From NCBI RefSeq assembly GCF_006345805.1, contig NC_043003.1:34596001-34660000 (forward strand): DNA of 64,000 bases. Reading direction: 5' to 3'. Under the pieces are notes generated by a model. It had not been told where the DNA came from and searched no databases. It saw only the letters and a list, made by a program, of their open reading frames with translations. A program made the translations under genes and the position numbers. Origin of the DNA: Octopus sinensis. Taxonomy: Eukaryota. Below are positions 54,718-64,000 of the stretch, in pieces; the first letter of the stretch is position 1; every line of letters starts with the position of its first letter.

Positions 54718-54897
54718 GTTTCAGGACTTCGCCCCGTTGTCACGTTTCCTCTGGAGACTTCGCAACCTCCAGAAAGAAACGCCCAACATCGAATGGACCA
54801 TCATCAATAGGACCCCACGTTAGTTAATCAGCGCCTGCAATTGCTAGGTCTGTCTCAGCGTAAAACATTCTTCACTAATCTGTAGTGCCTGTCAACA
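54718..54897 (+). mobile_element. Second copy of the GIY-YIG C-terminal fragment (direct repeat of 52827-53011)
   Basis: About 8 substitutions and a 5-nt indel over ~180 bp by eye. Confidence 0.85.
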
Positions 54898-56184
54898 GGG
54901 AAAATGTAGATTCTTGATGTGTAGCGGCTTACTCAAAAAATCTTTGCGTATATCGATAGGACTTAGAATGATGAATCAGTGTGGGCTTGTTGCTAAAACT
55001 CGCATAACTCTTGTGTGAAGTGTTTGAGTGCTGTGGTCTTAATCTGCATTGTGAGTTAGACACAGGAATCTGGATGCGTGATGTCAAGGATGTGACTGTC
55101 ACTCTTTAAAATATAAATAGGTTTCTATGATACTTTGTCGGTTGAGCGTTGTTTTGACATGTGGTGGGTGTAAATAGATTTAAGCATTGCACACAGGTAA
55201 GCTGACAATTAGCAAATTACGATCCACATATACATGGCTTCTACTACGTCGTTGAATCCATCGAACAATGATTTGACACAGAAGTTTATAGAATAGCGAG
55301 CAGTGTGGTAACCAGAGTACTTAAGGTTCTTCTAAATGACGTTAGTTCTGCTAATTAACGGCAAAATCTCCCTAAAATAATAATATAGTCTTCAGAAAGA
55401 ACAACTTATGGTAGTAGAATCTTGTTTCTAGAGTTGGTGGTGGTACAAATTCATGGAATTTTGATGGAAGTAGTAGGAATGCCTGTAGTAACAATACTTA
55501 TATACACCGAGTCAGGTTTGTATCTTTCTATATTTCTTTGTTTCTGTGCAATGCAGACATAAGCTCTGCTTAAACCAATTGTATCAAAACGCTATGGCGT
55601 CAAATTTTGAGAAGACAATTTTAGAAATCAACTTCAACTAAACAATATAATTTCTAAAACAAAAAGAAATTTAAAATTATTATTACATTTGTTCTTTTGT
55701 CCATAAACACTTCCAGCAGTGATGAAAAGAAAGTACAGATTAATCAGTACAAACTCAGTGAAATGTCAGAAAATTATCCAACTTGCAGAACTTTAAAGAA
55801 AATTCGTCTAAGCAGACTGATAGACACTGCTGTAATTATCATCAGTATCAGCTATATATATATATATATATAAATGCTGTAGTCTTTCTGCTTGTGGTAG
55901 GACAATTATTAGGGTTACATGTAAAAGTGTGTTGGAATTCAAGTAACCTATTACTGGGGTGTGACGAGTTTTCAGTATACTCCTACATAGATGGTCGATT
56001 TTACTATTTTATCGATGCTTATTTTTTAACACACACACATACACACACACACATATGTATAAAATATTTTTTGTATATCAAGGCATTGTATGTGAAATAT
56101 GGCATTTATTTCAATCAACTATTGTTCGTATGAGACATCAAAATTCGTGAAAAGATACATTTATGTGTCAATATTTTTGAAATT

Positions 56185-56588
56185 CTAAGGCGGCGAGCTG
56201 GCAGAAACGTTAGCGCGCCAAGCGAAATGCTGACCGGTATTTCGTCTGCCGTTACGTTCTGAGTTCAAATTCCGCCGAGGTCGACTTTGCTTTTATCCTT
56301 TCGGGGTCGATTAAACAAGTACCAGTTACGCACTGGGGTCGATATAATCGACTTAATCCGTTTGTCTGTCCTTGTTTGTCCCCTCTGTGTTTAGCCCCTT
56401 GTGAGTAGTAAAGAAATAGAAATAGGTATTTCGTCTGCCGTTACGTTCTGAGTTAAAATTCCGCCGACGTCGACTTTGCCTTTCATCCTTTCGGGGTCGA
56501 TAAATTAAGTACCAGTTACGTACTGGGGTAAATCTAATCGTCTGACTTCCTCTCCCAAAATTTCGGGCTTTGTGTCCAGAGTAGAAAA
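56185..56588 (+). mobile_element. tRNA-derived SINE family B, full-length internally duplicated form, 16-bp TSD
   Basis: A box gagctggcagaaacgttag, B box gagttcaaattcc repeated in a second unit; TSD caatatttttgaaatt at 56169-56184 and 56589-56604. Confidence 0.93.
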
Positions 56589-57736
56589 CAATATTTTTGA
56601 AATTTTATGAAAACAGTGATACTCTAATGCTATTGACGCACTGATGTGCATGTACTAATACTCTTTACATACTTTATGCATAAGGACAAATTCTAAGCAA
56701 ATATATATATAAATATTAATATACACATTTTCTATATTATATTTTATCCACCTACCAGTCTTACGTACAAAGACATCAATGTGTATCTGCATATATGTTT
56801 CAGTGTATTTATGAGTGTGTATGTAGGAGTGTATGTGTATGTGAATATGTCTGTTATATGTTATACAGCTATGTTTTTCGACCATCAATCACATAAATAC
56901 ATAAACATAATACATGCCGCAGACACACTCACGCACACGCATACACACAGATATCTATTGTTATATATGAGTAACAAGTATGAACTAAGATACATTTAAC
57001 TATATAACAGTTAAAAAGTATGTTGCAAATAGGACAAGCATACAGCAACCTTCATATGTATAACATATTTATATAGATTTGTAAATGGAATGAGAGCAAA
57101 TATAGGAATACTGACAACCATATATATATAAGCAATCCCATTCAAACACCGAGAAAGATCTGTGCGAAGAACCGGTACCAGCTATATCTATATCATTGCA
57201 GTCTCTAACATTTCAAACATAGAGTACATGCTAGGCTTTGCATAAGTATACAGACACCGTTATAGATACATATACAGCTGAAGATGCACCTGTTTTCCAA
57301 TTAATTTCATTTCCTAAGGAAACCTTACAGATAGAGTATTAAATTGGAAGCGAAATAGATTAGATCCGTCACTGGGGCATTTTCCAAGATCTTACTGATC
57401 ACCCGATAGGCCTTTTAGAAACCACTCACGACTTTCTAAACCGCCATGTTTTGGGGTTATTACCAAGTGAGTTACATGTAAATTGAATTACCTGTATTTA
57501 GGTATGCATGCATGCATGTATGTATTTATGAATATATGTATGTATGTAAGTATGTATGTGTGTATGTATGTATGTATGTATGTATGTATGTATGTATGTA
57601 TGTATGTATGTATGTATGTAGTCATGCACGCATAATTGGATGCAAGTATGGATGACTGTATATATATATATATGTGTGTGTGTGTGCGTACATACGTACG
57701 TATAAATGTAATCTCTCAATCTCTCATTCTCTTTCT

Positions 57737-57915
<179 letters not shown>

Positions 57916-58131
57916 TATTTATCTTTATCATTTTGCTCGTCTCAGTCATTAGACTATGGCCGTGCTGGGGCACCGCACTGAAGAATTTGTAGTCGGAAAG
58001 ATCGACTCCAGTACTTATATTTTAAAGCCTGGTAAGTATTCGTTCGGTCCGGTTTGAAGAAGCGCTGGATAACGGGTAAATAAACACACCGTCACCTGTT
58101 ATCAAGCGGTGGACACACATACACACATAAC

Positions 58132-58175
<44 letters not shown>

Positions 58176-58190
58176 CATAGATATACATCT

Positions 58191-58367
58191 ATATAAAGTT
58201 AATCCAAACAAGAAAACAAAAAGACAACAACGCGAGGACGTGGAACAAATATAGTATTATTGGACGCTCAGGAAGGAAGGGAAGAAAGAGGGTTTAACGT
58301 TTCGAGCTGAGCTCTTCGTCGGAAACATAGGAGAAGGAAAGATCCAGAGAAGGGAAGACAGAGGAAA
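58191..58367 (-). mobile_element. Short ORF-less hammerhead-carrying element (~177 bp)
   Basis: Reverse complement: tttcctctgtcttccc...[hammerhead]...ttcctgagcgtccaataatac...gcgttgttgtc...aactttatat; flanked by (TA)n. Confidence 0.8.
58292..58326 (-). ncRNA. Minimal type-I hammerhead ribozyme motif with U4C core variant
   Basis: Minus strand gttt-CCGACGA-A-gagc-tca-gctc-GAAA-CG-TT-aaac. Confidence 0.78.
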
Positions 58368-60127
58368 TATATATATATATATGTGTGTGTATGTATGTAT
58401 ATATATGCATATGCGACGGGATTCTTTCGGTTTCTGTCAACTAAATCCAGTCACAAAGTTTAATAGGCCCTAGGCCATAACAGAAGACACTTGCTCAAGA
58501 TACCATGCAGTAGGACTGAATCCAGAACCCATGTGGTTGGGAAGCAAGATGTTTACCACACAATCACTACAACACACGCATTCATACACGTACACACAAA
58601 TAAATATAAATATATACACACACACAAACATATATATATCCATACACACATGTATATGTACGTACATACAAAAGCACTTATTTCACTGTGTGTGCGTCTG
58701 TGTGTGCGCGTGCGCACATTTATCTACATATTTTCTTCTAAGCGTGTATTCATTCTATATTTCTCACAACACATACACAGACTTAAATACACACATATAG
58801 GCTTATATTTCTACTCTTCTATGAATATATGTTTGTATGAGTGCATGTGTGGCGTAATCAATAATCAATCAGTCAACACGTCATACCTTATAATCAGTTC
58901 TATATATATTTTTTATGCCTTCAAAATTAAAACCCTCCCAGACAGAGGTCAACATTTCATAAAATACATAAAAATGTCTCTCATTGCTACCATCAACTTG
59001 CTACATAGACCTTTCATTTATGAAATTTTTTTACCGCGTTGTTTTTTTTTTTTACTTGTATTTTATTTTTTAATATCCATTTATTATTCTTTATCCCTTG
59101 ATTAAATTCGATATCTTTCCACGAGATTTAAGTCGAGAAAAGTCCGCTGCTAATCCATCAACTGAATATTTTCATTCCTAGTTCTTAAACACCGGCCTTA
59201 CTGCTGCTGCTCCTGATGGTGGCGCTGCTATTGCTGCCGCCACCGCTGCTGCTGCTGCTGAAGATGATGATGATGATGATGATGAATACGATGATGAAAA
59301 TGATGATATAGGTTTTGTTGATCTTGTTGGAGCTGGTGGTGTGGAAGGTTTTATGCCCAAGGATTTTGACCTTTTGAAAATATTTCTTAATTTCTTTATT
59401 CTCTCCCCCTCTCTCTCCTCCTCTTCCTCTCTTTTTTATCGCTTTCACTTCCTTTCGTTCTCTTTCTCCATCTTGTATATGTACATATATAAACATAGAC
59501 GCACACACACAATCACACACACACACATACACACTCTCTCTCTTTCTCTCTCTAACACACTCACACACATATGTATGTATGTATGCCTGTATGTTTGTAC
59601 ATATGCATAGTATATATTCATACGCAGACACTTTGTACAATTATATACAAATATATAATTATATGTAGGTTTACACATTTATATACATTTATTTACTTGC
59701 ATATACGCATATGTGTCTGACGTATAGGTGGAAGGAGCGTGTGTGTACATGAATGTGCGTCTCCTATGCAATAAAATTAATTTTTGTCTTCTGCGCTATT
59801 GTTCATCACTGCAAAGATCTCGACAAAATGTCCATGAATTACCATGAAATAATAATCTTCCATAAAAAAAGGTATTAAAAATGTAGAAAAAAATAAAGAA
59901 ACAATTTAAAGTGTCTTATTCACTCTTCCTGTTTTATTACCAGCGAAGTTGTAATGTTTTACAATTATCTCTAGCAAAAAATAAATTAATAAATAGATAA
60001 ATAAATAAATAAAAACTAGAGCAACTACTGGCTGAGACCTAAAACCTATAGTTGATCACTCGACCCACTAGAAATAGTGGACAAATTTCACGCAAGTCAC
60101 TTTCGTCACCAAAGAAAGAAAAATCAT

Positions 60128-60535
60128 GCAGAGTGGCTGTGTGGTAAGTAGCTTGTTTACCGGCCACATGGTTCCGGGTTCAGCCCCACTGCGTGCCACC
60201 TTGGGCAAGTGTCTTCTACTATGGCCTCGGGCCGACCAAAGCCTTGTGAGTGGATTTGGTAGACGGAAACTGAAAGAAGCCGGTCGTATATATGTATATA
60301 TATGCGTGTGTGTGTTTGTGTGTCTGTGTTTGTCCCCCTAGCATTGCTTGACAACCGATGCTGGTGTGTTTATGTCCCCGTAACTTAGCGGTTCGGCAAA
60401 AGAGACCGATAGAATAAGTACTGGGCTTACAAAAGAATAAGTCCCAGGGTCGAGTTGCTCGACTAAAGGCGGTGCTCCAGCATGGCCGCAGTCAAATGAC
60501 TGAAACAAGTAAAAGAGTAAAAGAGTAAAAGAGAG
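60128..60535 (+). mobile_element. tRNA-derived SINE family A, full-length
   Basis: Near-identical to 38054-38475. Confidence 0.93.
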
Positions 60536-63276
60536 CAAAATGTCGTTCTAAAGAAAAATGAGACAGCCTTGGATGGAATATGTTTGTGTATAGACATATT
60601 AGATGAGAGCTTACTTGGGACGAAAATACCAAAATAACAAAAGTAGTGCTTAGGATTGTTGACTGAATAGGCTACAGCTTGTAGTATAAATTCAGTACTG
60701 TTTCTGTAGACAAGATTAGTAACTAACACATGAATCATTCCAGATAGCTGTAAACAGGAAACGTTATTACAGTCCAACGCTCTAAATAGAGATTAGATCC
60801 AGAGAGAGAAAGAGAAGGCAAAGGTGAGAGAGTAATAGTGAATACTAAATGATTAGTCTATATATCGTTTGTTATACTGTTGATGAGATTCCATGTGAAA
60901 ATAATTTAGACAGGGGTGATTTCAATAGCTTTACCTAGCGACCTAATTATTTATGGTAATTAATCACTTTGCAGACACATACGTGCAAAAAATTCCCTTC
61001 GGATTCGGATATAATGTTTTCAATATTTAAAAAGAATGATGGTTTTAGTATACTGGATACAAAATGAAACGTTTATTAGATTGCATGTTATTTTTCTCTC
61101 TTACCAACATTTTGTGTTTACAGTTTAGTGAGGTTGTAAAAGCCAGCACATTTAACGCCTTATCACCAACTTATCTCATCTCAGAGGCAGGTTGGTAGGC
61201 AATAGGAAGTCATTCTGAAATCGGTGATCTGGTTCGAATGCTTGCAGTAGTGTGAACGTAGGTGAAAATACCCAAATGCCTATGTGCTTGTGTCAAACTG
61301 GCGAGGGATTTAGTCTGCTTTCTGTTGTATGAGGAACATCAGGGAATGTGAATCAATTCACATCGTATAATTTGATTTCTAATATCATTGGCTTTCACAG
61401 TATGCTTATTATACTGAACTCTTGCACTGACTCAAAATTGTTGCTGATTCCTACGTAGAAGTACACTGTGATGAATGAAACAGAGTTTAAAATATTAATA
61501 AATCTACCAGACGGGAATACTAATGTAAGATTTTTTTGGATATGTCCAACTATTTAACTTACTACGTTTTGTAAGCAAGTATTGTTTGAAATTATGGTTC
61601 AAAGTGATATCGTAAACCACTTTATGTTGCACAAGACTTGATCTGTAAGAATTTGGGAAACAAAGGAGTTAAGTTGCCTGTTATTTAAAGAGGAGAAGAC
61701 AGACTCATAAGAATGATGAGGTATACAACAATTTGATTATAGAATTGGAGATGAGAGACATTCGCACGCCAAGCTGGATGAATTCTGTTATAAAGACAGT
61801 TATCTCTGTATTGTTAATATAACTCACTCTGATCATCTTTACTGTTCAGCGCAGCGTTAATCAAAAGAGGTCAATATATGCAAGAATTAATTTAATGGTC
61901 AACTTTTGGAATATTGCAAATTCTTATCTTCATAATATTTGATTTTGTAAATAATTAGAAATTTGATGTTCTTTGCTTATACAAATATCATTATTTGGAT
62001 ATTTCAGCAAGTCGGAGTCCTGAATAATAGTGGTATGAGGCTGATTAATTATTAAAGGGCGATAGTTTAACTAGTCACATTTTAATCGGCATCCATCGCA
62101 ATGGGCCATAGGATTTTACAGGAAAGTTAACTTCATTGCAGGCATTCGGGGAAGATCTAACGTTTCCTTCTCTTCACACTTTTTGTAAATACAATAACCT
62201 GAAGATGTTCAAGTACAGAATTGGGTGCGTCAATCTCGATAGTTCGAGTAGGACGCTAAATATGAACGACTTTTCTCAAAGCTGAGAGCTTTGTAACCGT
62301 TTGTGTAGTGTTGTTTACAATTCCACAGTAATTTAGACATGGCAGTTCTCCTGTAATACTATAGTTTACGTCAATAGTTCAAAAATATTGACGATATTCT
62401 GACTGTGGACAGATATTTCTACTATTTTGCCAAGAAAAGTTATAAGCCACTTCTTAATTTTGCCAGATCTCCGGAGCCAAATGGACGTATTTAAGACACA
62501 CCTATAAACACATAAAATATTCATATTCACATATACAAAGATGCAAGCCGAACTTGTATGCCTATTAATCCATTAGAAATTGTTAATCTCTTAGAGAAAT
62601 GTCATTGCTAATTGAGGTAGTACCCATGCGATTCACAGCTGAACGCTTCATCTACTGAGCTAATCCTTGAAGTCAATTTTATACTCATAAATCATTACCA
62701 CTCTACGCCCCAATTTTCATATCAATTACTCAATCCAACTCAAGATGACTTTTTTGTGTTTTAATTGAATCTCCAGAATATTTAATTAATTTCATTTTTA
62801 TTTTTCAAAATTTCTTTAACGGTTTTGAAGCTCAAAAATATTTTATGATAAAATGCATTCGTTATTGTAAAAGGAAAATATAATTCTTTAAAACTATTGA
62901 TTCTTTCCATAACTCCAAGAAGATCATTTGGGCGTGTCTTGCATAGTAACAATTGCTATTATATGTGTCTTGCATAATACAATTGATGTTATATGCGGGA
63001 TCCCCGGAAGGCTTTCATGCAATTTACTGCTAGTTAACGAAATATTTGTCAATCATGCAATACTATCCATGAGATATACCTTACTATCCATTCTCAGTTA
63101 TATAGATATTGCTGCTGTGATACAAAAGGACTGTGCAACTGACAAAACAGGAATTAAAAGATCTCTCGGTTGTGGGTCAGTATGCTGAGATCTCCATTCT
63201 CACACAAGGGCGTTATTTTCCTTTCTTCTCTTTCTTTTTTGCATGCCTTTTTGCGTTTATTATTACTCGTTTATAA

Positions 63277-63672
63277 GGCGGTGAGCTGGCAGAAGCGTTA
63301 GCACGCCGGGCGAAATGCGTAGCCGTATTTCGCCTGCCTTAACGTTCTGAGTTCAAATTCCGCCGAGGTCGACTTTGCCTTTCATCCTTTCGGGGTCGAT
63401 AAATTAAATACCAGTTGCGCACTGGGGTCGATGTAATCGACTTAATCCGTTTGTCTGTCCTTGTTTGTCCCCTCTGTGCTTAGCCTCTTGTGGGTAGTAA
63501 AGAAATAAGTATTTCGTCTGTCTTTACGTTCTGAGTTCAAATTCCGCCGAGGTCGACTTTGCTTTTCATCCTTTCGGGGTAAATAAATTAAGTGCCAGTT
63601 GCGTACTGGGGTTGATCTAATCGACTGACCCCCTCCCCCCAAATTTCGCGCCTCTTGCTTAGAGTAGAATAG
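63277..63672 (+). mobile_element. tRNA-derived SINE family B, full-length internally duplicated form, 18-bp TSD
   Basis: Collinear with 56185-56588; TSD attattactcgtttataa at 63259-63276 and 63673-63690. Confidence 0.93.
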
Positions 63673-63854
63673 ATTATTACTCGTTTATAAATAATACTTT
63701 TAAGCTACTTTTGTATGATAAAAACATGGAAAGATTGACTTTGATGCATTTCTTCACGAAAATTGTGCGAGCAAAGGTATGACTATGTGCAATCTTATAT
63801 ACCACGGTACGTTAAATAGATACGTCTTTTTTTAAATAATGGTTTCAAATTTCA

Positions 63855-64000
63855 CAAGAGCAGGAATTTTGGGGGATGGGATGAGTCAATTACATTGACC
63901 CCGGTGTAAAACTGGTACTTATTTTATCGAGGATGAAAGTGAAGTCGAACTTGGCGGAATTTGAACTCAGATCCTAGGGACGGGCGAAATACAGTTAAGC
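63855..64000 (-). mobile_element. Degenerate SINE family B copy, cut by the window end
   Basis: cattgacccc..actggtacttattttatcga..ggcggaatttgaactcag is the reverse complement of family B. Confidence 0.75.

Larger units (their letters stand above)
57922..58570 (-). mobile_element. Old SINE family A copy, interrupted in its central microsatellite by the hammerhead element 58191-58367
   Basis: 3' block (cagtcattagactatggccgtgctggggcaccgc) and 5' block (agaagacacttgctcaag..agaacccatgtggttgg) are reverse complements of family A. Confidence 0.75.

Overview
AT-rich eukaryotic DNA saturated with microsatellites, with one 100-N scaffold gap (10939-11038). The SINE families and simple-repeat content resemble an octopus/coleoid cephalopod genome (recognition from memory, not verified). 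I could not identify any intact host protein-coding gene; most of the ORF track is translated microsatellite. The window is a mosaic of mobile-element relics: three tRNA-derived SINE families (several copies with exact TSDs), two Tx1/L1-clade LINE relics, an RTE-like LINE 3' end with three C2H2-like fingers, Penelope-like (GIY-YIG) fragments, a rearranged mariner, and hAT and Tc1/mariner MITEs. Two observations stand out. (1) A dispersed set of minimal type-I hammerhead ribozyme motifs sits in short, ORF-less, Penelope-associated elements (39165, 54236, 58292 minus; decayed copies at 15392, 48440, 927). They have a palindromic ACGU helix III and family-level non-canonical cores (CUGUNGA, CCGACGA). 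(2) A Tx1-like LINE is inserted with a 13-bp TSD into one copy of a ~357-bp tandem, highly structured unit that itself carries a hammerhead-like core, suggesting a possible new sequence-specific target.
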